Source: an uncultured Bacillales bacterium (GTDB lineage Bacteria; Bacillota_I; Bacilli_A; RF39; UBA660). From it: a DNA stretch of 64,000 nucleotides. The stretch is from contig CAMNCL010000006.1 of assembly GCA_946534345.1 (NCBI GenBank), positions 50 to 64,049 on the forward strand, given 5' to 3'. Shown in pieces: positions 27,486-37,387 of the stretch. A program made the translations under genes and the position numbers. The notes under the pieces were generated by a model. That model ran no database searches, was not told the DNA's origin, and saw only the letters and a program-made list of their open reading frames with translations. The first letter of the stretch is position 1. Every line of letters begins with the position of its first letter.

Positions 27486-28595
27486 TCAAATAATCGGGAA
27501 TCCATCCTCACAGGAGGACGGACCAACATAATTCACGCCGCAGCCCCAAGAGTCACCGTACGCATTGACACAGCCATCCGAACTGGCATTGGCACGCAAG
27601 CCCGACACACTACATGTTAAAGATTTGTAATCTCCAACATCATATTCAGAACTACAATTCGCACTTCCAAAGGCACTTAATAATGTTTGTTTATTACTTT
27701 CATAATAGGGACTTAGACATTCTCCTGTACTTGAATTATAATATGCAGCTTTACAATAATTTGTTGAACTAGCATTTTCGTCGTAGGTGTCTAATCCTCT
27801 TAATGCATATGTCCCGGCTGTCATTCCACTATTCGCATTGGCCATAGCCTGTGTTACTACAAATTCTACATAGCTTTCCGCAATTACATTATTTCTTATT
27901 AGATGTTTTAAATAGAACGGTCTGTTTGAAAATGCTGCCATAGCTTCGCTTGCACTACTATATTGTGTTATATCACTTGGTATTGTTTGTCCTATATAAC
28001 TAGTTGTTGAACTTACTGTATAGACAGTTGTTCCGTGATCTACTGCTTGAGCACTATCATCTGCTTGTTTATATGTAACACTAAATTGTAATGATAAACT
28101 TTGATTTGTACTTGGTAAGTCACTTGCACTTATATCATCTTTATAAGCTATTCTTACTTTATATGTTTCTGTTGTGTCATGTAACAATTCTTGATTTATT
28201 TGTAATGGTGTACCATCAGAATATGTTACTGTATATTCTAAATATGCTGGTAGTGTTGTGATAGTAGTTCCATTTAGTTTAGAACTAATTGTATCAATCA
28301 TGGCATCTAATGTACCAGCATTTACTGCATCTACACTAAATTCATAATAGTCTCCTGGTTCTGCTAATGTTACATTAAAATTAACTGTTGTTTTATTTGT
28401 ATCTATTGTTGGTGTACTTGCACTTACTGATCCACTTTTTACTTGTACATTATTCCAATATACACTCCAATTAGCACTATTAATATTAGCAGTCCCATTA
28501 ATATTTAATTCTGTATTTAAATATGAGTATCCTATACCTAAACCTAGTATTAAAAGAATAAGTATTATTTTGATATTATCTTTATCTATTCTCAT
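27486..28595 (-). CDS. Secreted/anchored protein: TasA/camelysin-like N-domain pattern plus Cys-rich C-domain
   Basis: Signal/anchor IKIILILLILGLGIGYSYL. LNINGTANI, AEPGDYYEFSVDAVNAGTLDA and LSLQFSVTYKQA resemble the TasA/CalY strand pattern, but this is a weak call. The C-terminal ~190 aa contain many Cys. ATG 28595 preferred to the GTG start at 28604. Confidence 0.6.
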   Translation of the reverse strand: MRIDKDNIKIILILLILGLGIGYSYLNTELNINGTANINSANWSVYWNNVQVKSGSVSASTPTIDTNKTTVNFNVTLAEPGDYYEFSVDAVNAGTLDAMIDTISSKLNGTTITTLPAYLEYTVTYSDGTPLQINQELLHDTTETYKVRIAYKDDISASDLPSTNQSLSLQFSVTYKQADDSAQAVDHGTTVYTVSSTTSYIGQTIPSDITQYSSASEAMAAFSNRPFYLKHLIRNNVIAESYVEFVVTQAMANANSGMTAGTYALRGLDTYDENASSTNYCKAAYYNSSTGECLSPYYESNKQTLLSAFGSANCSSEYDVGDYKSLTCSVSGLRANASSDGCVNAYGDSWGCGVNYVGPSSCEDGFPII

Positions 28596-28822
28596 ATACT
28601 TCACCTATTATAAGTATATATTATATTTGTTTTTATATCAATTTATTTCGTAATTATAGATAATTCTTGTGAATAATAATATATGAAGGTAGTCTTAGAT
28701 GTTTTCCTTTTATGGGGTTCGGTTACTCTATGAAAGGTGGTGTTATTATGACTTGTAGAGAGAAATCTTTATATTTTATAATTCTCCTTTTATTTAGTTT
28801 AATATTTATAATATTATTTAAA

Positions 28823-28854
28823 TAAAAAAAACATCTGGGTTTAGACCCCAGATG
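28823..28854 (-). terminator. Intrinsic terminator after the AI-2E transporter gene
   Basis: CATCTGGG-loop-CCCAGATG followed by an 8-9 nt U-run on the minus strand. Confidence 0.8.
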
Positions 28855-28933
28855 CATTCCAAAAGGAATTTGTCTGCACAAAAGACTATCTTCCTTAATT
28901 TGATTATATTAAATTAATAATATTTTTTCAATA

Positions 28934-29989
28934 TTAAATTGTTTCTTTAACTATATTCATACCTTTCTTTAAATCTTTTTTAAAGAATTGATATGTTGTC
29001 CTAATTAGTAAGTAACATGGAAGTGCTACTACGATACCAACCATACCTGCAAGTGTTCCTCCAATTGATACTGCCATTATTGTTATTAATGGATTAACGT
29101 TATTTGTTTTACCATATACTTTTGGTGATATTAAATATCCATCTAATTGAGGGAATATCATACAAATAATAATTGTTAAAATTAATAATTTAGTTGAAAC
29201 TACACTGGCTAGGATAATCGCAATTATATTTGTGATTAAACCTCCAAAATATGGAATAACAGTTGTTAGACAAGCAAGTATTCCAAGTATTAACCAGTTA
29301 GGATGACCAATTATAAAGAATAGAAAACTATATTCAAATAATTGAATAACCATAAATATTTCTAATCCTTTTAAATAATTAGTAATTTCAACATCCATAC
29401 ATTTAATATATTTAACTGTCTTTTTAGAACCTGCTAGTAATTCTTTTAAACCTTTTCTTATCTTTTCCATATCAACCAAGAAATAGATAAATCCTACAAA
29501 TCCTACAATAAACTTACTAATAAAACCAATTGAACTATTTAGTATTCCTACTGTAGTTGAAGATGTAATAGAACCAACTTCTTTTAAGATATCATTTAAA
29601 TAATCAGTTACTTTTATTTCAAAGTTTCCAATATTTAAATCAAACTTATTAGATAGATTATTAAATACATCCATTAACATTCTAACTAATAATGATAATT
29701 GTTCATAAACAAGTGGTAATGTAATTACTAGTAACCCTAACACAACAATTATAATTCCAAAAATTACAATTAATAATGCAGCTGTTCTTGGAATGTTCTT
29801 CTTCTCTAGCCATCTTACAAGAGGCGTAAAAGCATAAGCAAATGCAAAACCTACTATAAATGGAGATAATACTGATACACATTTAGTAAGTATACCCCAC
29901 CAAATACCAATATTCGCAACTAAAAAATATAGTATAACCATCAAAGCAGCAAAATTAATAATTCTATAATTTAATTTATTATCACTCAT
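28934..29989 (-). CDS. AI-2E family transporter (PerM/UPF0118)
   Basis: 351 aa, about 8 TM. The layout and the loop VRWLEKKNIPRTAALLIV are typical of UPF0118. Confidence 0.8.
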   Translation of the reverse strand: MSDNKLNYRIINFAALMVILYFLVANIGIWWGILTKCVSVLSPFIVGFAFAYAFTPLVRWLEKKNIPRTAALLIVIFGIIIVVLGLLVITLPLVYEQLSLLVRMLMDVFNNLSNKFDLNIGNFEIKVTDYLNDILKEVGSITSSTTVGILNSSIGFISKFIVGFVGFIYFLVDMEKIRKGLKELLAGSKKTVKYIKCMDVEITNYLKGLEIFMVIQLFEYSFLFFIIGHPNWLILGILACLTTVIPYFGGLITNIIAIILASVVSTKLLILTIIICMIFPQLDGYLISPKVYGKTNNVNPLITIMAVSIGGTLAGMVGIVVALPCYLLIRTTYQFFKKDLKKGMNIVKETI

Positions 29990-29990
29990 A

Positions 29991-30425
29991 TTACTTCTCC
30001 AACATTATTGTAACTGGACCATCATTAGTAATATTAACAATCATCTCTGCTCCAAATTTACCAGTTTCAACTTTAACAAATTTTCTTAATTCCTCATTGA
30101 ATAAGTCATATAACTTAATAGAGTCTTCTCCCCTCATTGCATTTATATAACTTGGTCTATTACCTTTTTTAGTATCAGCATATAAAGTAAATTGTGAAAT
30201 AGATAAAACATCTCCTCCACTATCTAAGATACTTTTATTCATTACACCATCTTCATCATCAAAGATACGTAAATTAACTATTTTCTTTGCGATATATTGT
30301 ATCTTTTCTAAATCATCACCTTCAGTAAAACCTACTAGTACTACTAAACCTTTATCTATTTTACCAATAGTTTTACCGTCAACTGATACACTACTTTCTC
30401 TACTTCTTTGAACTAAGGCTCTCAT
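29991..30425 (-). CDS. dtd: D-aminoacyl-tRNA deacylase
   Basis: MRALVQR...SQFTLYADT...GPVTI motifs, 144 aa. Follows rel, as in Bacillus. Confidence 0.93.
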   Translation of the reverse strand: MRALVQRSRESSVSVDGKTIGKIDKGLVVLVGFTEGDDLEKIQYIAKKIVNLRIFDDEDGVMNKSILDSGGDVLSISQFTLYADTKKGNRPSYINAMRGEDSIKLYDLFNEELRKFVKVETGKFGAEMIVNITNDGPVTIMLEK

Positions 30426-32575
30426 CGCATCTCCCTTTCAATTTTCTCAACAAATTTATTTCTTGAAATTGTTGTGATTAATTTTTCTAATTGATCAAGT
30501 CCTAAAACATAGCAATTAATTTCATAAATATTATTATCCATTAATTTAATTCCATCTACACTTATATTAAATGTTGAAATTGTTTGAACTATATCTAACA
30601 TATGATTATTTTCATCATTTGTATGTACTAATAATCTAGTAGCATATCTCTTATTAATATTAGTATTCCAATTAACCTCTACTATTCTATCATCTAAAGA
30701 TTCTAGATTATGACAATTCATTCTATGAACTGTAATACCATTTCCTTTAGTAATATATCCAACTATTGGATCTCCAAATACTGGATTACAACAGTTAGCT
30801 AAATTAACTTTAACTTTATCGATACCACTAACAATAATATCAGCATCTTTACTTTTTTCAGATATCTTAACTTTCTTTGGCTTTGGTTTATCGTCTTCTT
30901 TAGTAATTACATTAATAACACTATTTACTGGTACTTTATTATTACCAATATTTAGATAAATTTCTTCTAAGTTATCTACTTTTATTTCTTCGCAGATCTT
31001 TTTAATATTTTCATCAGTTAAGAATTCTGAAAATACTAGTTTTTTCTTACGTAATTCTTTCTCTAAAGAATATTTTCCACGTTCAACATAAATCTCTCGA
31101 TCATTTTTAGTAAAGAAAGCTCTAATCTTATTTCTGGTAGCAGTACTCTTTACCATATTAACCCACTCTTTTGAAGGAGTAGAATTCTTATTAGTATTAA
31201 TTTTAACTATATCATTATCATTTAACTCATAATCTAGTGGAACAATATTATTATTAACAATTGCTCCTATCATTGTCTCTCCAACTTTAGTATGAATCTT
31301 ATAAGCAAAATCTATTGGAGTAGCACCTCTAGGTAATTCAATAACATCACCCTTAGGTGTGTAACAATAAATATTATTATTTAAAACTTCATCTTTAACA
31401 GTATTAACAAACTCTTCACTACTCATCTTATCATGACTTAAGTCAATAATCTGTTTAAAGAATTGAAGTTTTTGTTCTGTAGTTGATTGAAGATTAGCAG
31501 AGTTATTACTTCCACCATTTTCTTTATAAGCCCAGTGAGAAGCAATACCATTTTCTGCTACTTCATTCATTTCATATGTACGAATTTGTATTTCAAATAA
31601 ATATCCATCTATACCAAATACTGTTGTATGTAATGATTGATACATATTAGGTTTTGGCATAGCTATATAATCTTTAAATCTCTTAGGCAAAGGTCTAAAC
31701 TTAGAATGAATTAATCCTAAAGCTAAATAGCATTCTTGTTCTGTATTGACTAGAATTCTTATCGCCAACAAGTCATATATATCGCTGAACTTCTTGCCTT
31801 TGTCTAGTTTATTATAGATACTATAAATACTTTTAGATCTACCTTTTATTTCAAATGGTATATGGTGTTCTGTTAATAATTCAGACACTTCATTTTGCAT
31901 TTCATAGACTGTTCTATCTCTTTCAATCTTAGTTGTATTTAGTTTTTCCACTATATCATAAAATACATCTGGTTTTAGATATCTAAGAGATAAATCTTCT
32001 AATTCACTTTTAATTTTATGGATTCCTAAGTGATGAGCAATAGGAGCTAAAATATCTAATGCTTCACGTGCTTTTACTTTTTGTCTATCTTCAGGTATTG
32101 CCCATAATGTACGCATATTATGTAATCTATCTGCTAATTTAATAATAATTACACGTACATCTTCACTCATTCCAACAATAATCTTTTTATAATAATCTAT
32201 TAAATATTCATTTTCTGTTGAAAAGTGAATTTTACTAAGTTTTGTAACACCTTGTACTAGCTTAGTAATATTCTTTCCAAACTCTGCTTCCATTTCTTCT
32301 TCAGTACAATCACAATCTTCTAATACATCATGCATTAGACCAGCAGAAATTGTTTCATAGTCTGCATAGATTGAGATAAGAATTAAGGCAACATTCATCG
32401 GATGATAAATGTATGCCTCTCCACTTTTACGAAATTGGCCATCATGCTTCTCATAAGCAAAATCATAGGCCTTCTTAATAATGTCAATTTGTTCTTTATC
32501 TTCAATATATGCTTTAGCCTTGGTAATGATTTCTTCAATGGAAACATTACTTTGTTTTCTTGACAAAGAACTCAT
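30422..32575 (-). CDS. rel: Bifunctional (p)ppGpp synthetase/hydrolase Rel
   Basis: 717 aa with HD hydrolase domain (HDVLEDC), synthetase domain, and TGS and ACT C-terminal regions. Confidence 0.93.
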   Translation of the reverse strand: MSSLSRKQSNVSIEEIITKAKAYIEDKEQIDIIKKAYDFAYEKHDGQFRKSGEAYIYHPMNVALILISIYADYETISAGLMHDVLEDCDCTEEEMEAEFGKNITKLVQGVTKLSKIHFSTENEYLIDYYKKIIVGMSEDVRVIIIKLADRLHNMRTLWAIPEDRQKVKAREALDILAPIAHHLGIHKIKSELEDLSLRYLKPDVFYDIVEKLNTTKIERDRTVYEMQNEVSELLTEHHIPFEIKGRSKSIYSIYNKLDKGKKFSDIYDLLAIRILVNTEQECYLALGLIHSKFRPLPKRFKDYIAMPKPNMYQSLHTTVFGIDGYLFEIQIRTYEMNEVAENGIASHWAYKENGGSNNSANLQSTTEQKLQFFKQIIDLSHDKMSSEEFVNTVKDEVLNNNIYCYTPKGDVIELPRGATPIDFAYKIHTKVGETMIGAIVNNNIVPLDYELNDNDIVKINTNKNSTPSKEWVNMVKSTATRNKIRAFFTKNDREIYVERGKYSLEKELRKKKLVFSEFLTDENIKKICEEIKVDNLEEIYLNIGNNKVPVNSVINVITKEDDKPKPKKVKISEKSKDADIIVSGIDKVKVNLANCCNPVFGDPIVGYITKGNGITVHRMNCHNLESLDDRIVEVNWNTNINKRYATRLLVHTNDENNHMLDIVQTISTFNISVDGIKLMDNNIYEINCYVLGLDQLEKLITTISRNKFVEKIEREMR

Positions 32576-32585
32576 CTCCCCTCAG

Positions 32586-34883
32586 TTAACAATTTATTCC
32601 TTTTATTTTCTTTTCTTCAAATTCATCAGTATAAACTTTTTTAGCTTTCTCTTTTTTACCTAAGTTCTTCTTTTCTAATTGCATGTATACAATAGTTGCG
32701 ATAAAGATAGATGAATATGTACCGGCAATTAAACCAAATAACATAGCCATATTGAAATTAAATATTCCACGTGAACCTAATATTAATAAGATTAATACTG
32801 GTAATAGTGTAGTTACTGAAGTATAAATTGTTCTTGTAAATGTTTCTCCAATACTTCTGTTACATATTTCAGTAAACTTCTCCTGTGTTAATTTCTTTCT
32901 ATCAACATTTCTTAAATTTTCACGAATTCTATCGAAAGATACAATTGTATCATTTATTGAATAACCAATAATAGCTAATACTGCAGCAATAAACATTGAG
33001 TTAACTTCTAAACGTAGGATTGCGAATAACGCAAACATAATTAGAACATCATGTACTAAAGCTAATACTCCACCTACTGCATAACTAAATTTAAATCTAA
33101 ATGAAACATAAACTATAATACCAATTAGAGCTATCAATACAGCAAGTATTGCATTTTTAATTAATTCTTGTTGAACAACATTAGATACAACTCCAACATT
33201 TACTTTAGCATCGTATTTTTCTTCAAAATACTTGTTAATCTTTTTAACTTGAGCACCTGTTAAAGTAGTATCAAGTCTAATGTTCATTTCATCACTTGCT
33301 TCAGTAATTTCTCCAGATTTTAAACCTAGTTCTTTTATATCAGACTTTAACATTTTTTCAGTTATATTTTGTTCACTAGAAATAGTAATTGAAGTACCTG
33401 ATTTATAATCTATTCCTAAATTAAATCCTTTAGTAGCAAATACAATAGCACCTACTATAATAATTAATAATGATGCACATATACATGCTTTTTTATACTT
33501 AAAGAAATTAACTTTAGCAAATCTACTTGGTTTTGCTTTTTCATTCTTAGATACATCAGGAATATCATTCTTATTAATATTTAAGAATAAATTAACCTTA
33601 TCATTAAAGTAATCAGTCTTTACAAATATCTTTAATAATTGTCTTGTTAAGAATACCATAGTAAACATTGTTACTAAAACAGTAATAATTAACATAGTAG
33701 CAAATCCTTTAATACTTGATTCACCAAAAATAAACATTATAATTGCAACAATTAAAGTAGTTATATTTGAATCAAGTATAGCACTAAAACTTGATTTAGA
33801 TCCTTCTCTAAAGGCTAAAGGCAAGCTCTTTCCTTTTAACAATTCTTCTCTAATACGAGCAAAAGTAATAACATTTGAATCTACTGCCATACCTATACCT
33901 AGTAATAAAGCTGCGATACCAGGTAGTGTTAATACTCCACCTACCAGCCAGAATACTAAGAATACTAAGAATGCATAAATCATCATTGATACTGATGAAA
34001 TAAATCCAGCAAAATGATAAATAATCATTAATATAATCATAATAGCAGCTATTGCTATAATACCAGCTATTAATGTAGTCTCTAATGTCTTTTCACCAAA
34101 TGAAGCACCTACTGTATTAGATGAAATTTCAGTTAACTTAGATGGTAGAGAACCACTATTAATTAAATCAACTAAGTTACTTACTTCTTCTTGAGTAAAG
34201 TTACCTTGAATAATTACATCACTAGCAAATCCTTGTGATACAGTAGCTGCACTTAAACAGTTAGATTCACTAGTACCACATTGTGCGCCTTCTCTTTCAT
34301 AACTATCTGTTAAATCATTATAATCTAACCAAATAACGATATAATTCTTTCCAGAACCACGTTCACTTACTTCTTTAGTAACTTCATAAAATTTATCTTT
34401 ATCTTTTACTGATAAAGCTACTGCTGGAGTACCATCTTCAGCTTGACCAATCTTAGCTCCTCCAGCCTTAAGTACATCACTACTCATAAGTAGATTATCT
34501 TCAATATCTCTAAAAGATAAAGTTGCTACTGTAGATAATTGAGTACGTGCTTCTTCAGGATTCTTAACACCTGCAAGTTTTACACGAATTCTATCGTTTC
34601 CTTCAACAATAATTTCAGGTTCACTTACACCCAAACTATCAATTCTCTTACTTAGAGTTTTATAAGTAGCTGTAATTTTCTCCTTATTCATTTTTGATCC
34701 ATCTATAGAATTAGCTTTATAAAGTATTTCAAATCCACCTTGTAAATCTAATCCAAATTTTAAACTCTTAAATAATGGAACAAATAATAAACCAATAATA
34801 ATTACTAATACAACTAATATACTAGAATTAATTATTACTTTCTTTTTAATATTCTTTTTCTTTTTACCTTTCATGTAAATCAC
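32586..34883 (-). CDS. secDF: Protein translocase subunit SecDF (fused)
   Basis: 765 aa with two 6-TM halves and a large first extracytoplasmic domain. LDLQGG motif. Confidence 0.92.
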   Translation of the reverse strand: MIYMKGKKKKNIKKKVIINSSILVVLVIIIGLLFVPLFKSLKFGLDLQGGFEILYKANSIDGSKMNKEKITATYKTLSKRIDSLGVSEPEIIVEGNDRIRVKLAGVKNPEEARTQLSTVATLSFRDIEDNLLMSSDVLKAGGAKIGQAEDGTPAVALSVKDKDKFYEVTKEVSERGSGKNYIVIWLDYNDLTDSYEREGAQCGTSESNCLSAATVSQGFASDVIIQGNFTQEEVSNLVDLINSGSLPSKLTEISSNTVGASFGEKTLETTLIAGIIAIAAIMIILMIIYHFAGFISSVSMMIYAFLVFLVFWLVGGVLTLPGIAALLLGIGMAVDSNVITFARIREELLKGKSLPLAFREGSKSSFSAILDSNITTLIVAIIMFIFGESSIKGFATMLIITVLVTMFTMVFLTRQLLKIFVKTDYFNDKVNLFLNINKNDIPDVSKNEKAKPSRFAKVNFFKYKKACICASLLIIIVGAIVFATKGFNLGIDYKSGTSITISSEQNITEKMLKSDIKELGLKSGEITEASDEMNIRLDTTLTGAQVKKINKYFEEKYDAKVNVGVVSNVVQQELIKNAILAVLIALIGIIVYVSFRFKFSYAVGGVLALVHDVLIMFALFAILRLEVNSMFIAAVLAIIGYSINDTIVSFDRIRENLRNVDRKKLTQEKFTEICNRSIGETFTRTIYTSVTTLLPVLILLILGSRGIFNFNMAMLFGLIAGTYSSIFIATIVYMQLEKKNLGKKEKAKKVYTDEFEEKKIKGINC

Positions 34884-34884
34884 C

Positions 34885-35160
34885 TCATATAATATCTAAA
34901 TTATTATTAGAAATATGTGTCCTTTCTTTTTCTTTTAAATAATCAATTACTTCTTTTCCAGAAACATTCATAATATCACTAACGATATCTGAAAGCATTA
35001 AACCTTCTCCTTGTTTCCATTTTGTAATTATTAAGTAATTCCAAATATCAAATTCTTTAATACTAGAAAAACCTAATCTATTTAATTCAGAACATTTACT
35101 TCTAAGAGCTGGTCTTACTCTTATGAACAATTCTTTTTGAGATTTAAATTCATAATCCAT
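34885..35160 (-). CDS. Small post-transcriptional-regulator-like protein (ComN/YrzD-like candidate)
   Basis: 91 aa counted from ATG 35160 (GGAGAAGGA RBS). Lies directly upstream of secDF, as yrzD does in Bacillus. The assignment rests on size and position only. Confidence 0.5.
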   Translation of the reverse strand: MDYEFKSQKELFIRVRPALRSKCSELNRLGFSSIKEFDIWNYLIITKWKQGEGLMLSDIVSDIMNVSGKEVIDYLKEKERTHISNNNLDII

Positions 35161-35243
35161 AAAAGAACACATCCTTCTCCGAATCAATATTATTATACAT
35201 AATAAAAGCAAAAAATTAAAGAGTTATTCTTTAATTTCTAGCA

Positions 35244-36146
35244 TTAATCATCCTTTTTAGCCCTTGGAAAACTATGATAATAAACTTCTTTTAATCTATC
35301 AGTAGTAACATGTGTATAAATTTGTGTAGCTTTTATACTTTCATGTCCTAATAATTTTTGAACTGTTAATAAGTCACAACCTTCATTTAATAAGTGTGTT
35401 GCGAAACTATGTCTAATCATATGAGGAGAAATATTTTTATTAATACCTGTTTGTTTAATTAACTTATCAAGAATAAATCTAACTCCTCTTTCAGTTAATT
35501 CTCCTCCGTTGTTATTTAAAAATAAATAATCACTATTTTTGGTATTTAGAATAATTCTTCCATCACTTAAATATTCATTTAGAGAATCTTCACAATATTC
35601 TCCAAAGTTAACCAATCTCTCTTTATTACCTTTTCCAAGTATCAATATATGTCTACTACTAAAATCAATATCTTTTACTTTAATACTAACAAGTTCTCCT
35701 ACACGTACTCCTGTTGCATATAACATTTCAAGTATAAGTAAATCTCTTTGACCTAAAGCTGTTCTAGTATCTGGAACTTTAAACAATTCTTCTAATTCAT
35801 TATATTCAAAATATCTAGGTAGTTTTTTACTCTTTTTAGGTCCATTCACAAGAGAGAATACATTACTTTTAACATAACCTTCATTAGCTAAAAATTTATA
35901 AAAACCTCTAAGTGAACTTAACTTTCTATCAATAGAAGAATTATTATCTTTCTTAGTATCTTTTAAAAACATTAAATAAAATCTAATATCACTATATTCT
36001 ACTTTTTTAAAATCAAGTGCTTCACTATTTAAATAATTTAAATATTCTAAAACATCATTTTTATAACTACTAATTGTATAGTCTGAATAATTCTTTTGAT
36101 ATTTTAAATAATCTAAATATTTAACTAATTCTTTATTATCTTCCAT
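35244..36146 (-). CDS. xerC: Tyrosine recombinase XerC/CodV type
   Basis: C-terminal HMIRHSFATHLL...LLGHESIKATQIYTHV catalytic motifs. Chromosomal position near topA, as for Bacillus codV. Confidence 0.85.
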   Translation of the reverse strand: MEDNKELVKYLDYLKYQKNYSDYTISSYKNDVLEYLNYLNSEALDFKKVEYSDIRFYLMFLKDTKKDNNSSIDRKLSSLRGFYKFLANEGYVKSNVFSLVNGPKKSKKLPRYFEYNELEELFKVPDTRTALGQRDLLILEMLYATGVRVGELVSIKVKDIDFSSRHILILGKGNKERLVNFGEYCEDSLNEYLSDGRIILNTKNSDYLFLNNNGGELTERGVRFILDKLIKQTGINKNISPHMIRHSFATHLLNEGCDLLTVQKLLGHESIKATQIYTHVTTDRLKEVYYHSFPRAKKDD

Positions 36147-37326
36147 AACCGCCTCTCTCATTATTCTTTGTATCTATCATATTACTATGTATTAAATAAA
36201 AATTATAAGCTTTTTTATAAAGATCTGTTTTATTCTTAGCGGCATTCATTAAAGTAGTATATATAGTTCTTTCATATGAATTTTCTTCTCTTTTTACTGA
36301 AGATGAACGATGATCCATATCACGATAATAGTTTTTCCAATAAGCATTTTTTCTTAATCTTCCATCAAGTAAACTATTTAAGAATTTTCTATCTGCTTCG
36401 TTATATTCTATTCCTGTTTCGTTAGTAACTTTATCAAAATCTATTTCATATCGTTCTTTATTACCCCATTTAACTATTTTATATGGCATATCTAAAATAC
36501 ACTTAGCTACATTTGTAATAAAACGATAATCTATATCATCAGTAATAATATCATATGGAATAGTAAGTTTGTCTGCTAAACGGTTATTCATAATACCTAT
36601 TTTTTTAGCTCTTACTACTTTTTTAGGTGTTTTTTTAAGTAATTTATCAAGATTAGCATAAGTTAAATTAATATAACCAACTTGATTATCAAGTAAAGAT
36701 ATTTGCTCATTAGTATAATTAATCTTTTTATCAAGTAAATGATCAACTTCTCTACGACTCTTTTGTAATTCTTTTTGTTCTCTTAATACTTCTTCACAAT
36801 CTTTATTAACCATCTTATTAAGTTTATTCTCAAATATATCTATAGTAGCTAGAGCATCTCTACCTACAAAATAATTATTACGCATCCAATTTCTATTCTT
36901 ACCAATTCTTACGTAGTTAGAACTTAATGAATTTAAAATTAATTCTTTTAAATTACCATATAAATCAAAGTAATTTCTTCTTATTAATCTTTGTAATTCT
37001 ATATTATTCTGAACTTTATGTAATAATTGATTACATGTATTAGTAACATCTACACTACCATTTCTAGACTTTGAGGCTATAAACTCTAAATCCCCATTAT
37101 TATAAATTAAATCACGATGATAGATCTCTCTTCTTCCTTTATTAACAACATATAAGTCAGCGTCAGGTGAAATATTATATCCTTCATTACGTAAGTAATT
37201 AATAAAATCATCTTTATCTTTAAAATGACTAGTAAATATATCTACTTCTTCTAGATAATTACCGGTATTAATTTTTATTAAATTGAAATTATCATTTTCT
37301 TTTGCGACTATATAAAACTTTGCCAT
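36136..37326 (-). CDS. Hypothetical protein (396 aa)
   Basis: Clean ORF between topA and xerC. No motif recognised. Confidence 0.65.
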   Translation of the reverse strand: MAKFYIVAKENDNFNLIKINTGNYLEEVDIFTSHFKDKDDFINYLRNEGYNISPDADLYVVNKGRREIYHRDLIYNNGDLEFIASKSRNGSVDVTNTCNQLLHKVQNNIELQRLIRRNYFDLYGNLKELILNSLSSNYVRIGKNRNWMRNNYFVGRDALATIDIFENKLNKMVNKDCEEVLREQKELQKSRREVDHLLDKKINYTNEQISLLDNQVGYINLTYANLDKLLKKTPKKVVRAKKIGIMNNRLADKLTIPYDIITDDIDYRFITNVAKCILDMPYKIVKWGNKERYEIDFDKVTNETGIEYNEADRKFLNSLLDGRLRKNAYWKNYYRDMDHRSSSVKREENSYERTIYTTLMNAAKNKTDLYKKAYNFYLIHSNMIDTKNNERGGYGR

Positions 37327-37387
37327 AATATCACCTATCTCTTTATATATAATATCATTTTATTAGTCAAATATCAAAAAAGGAGTG

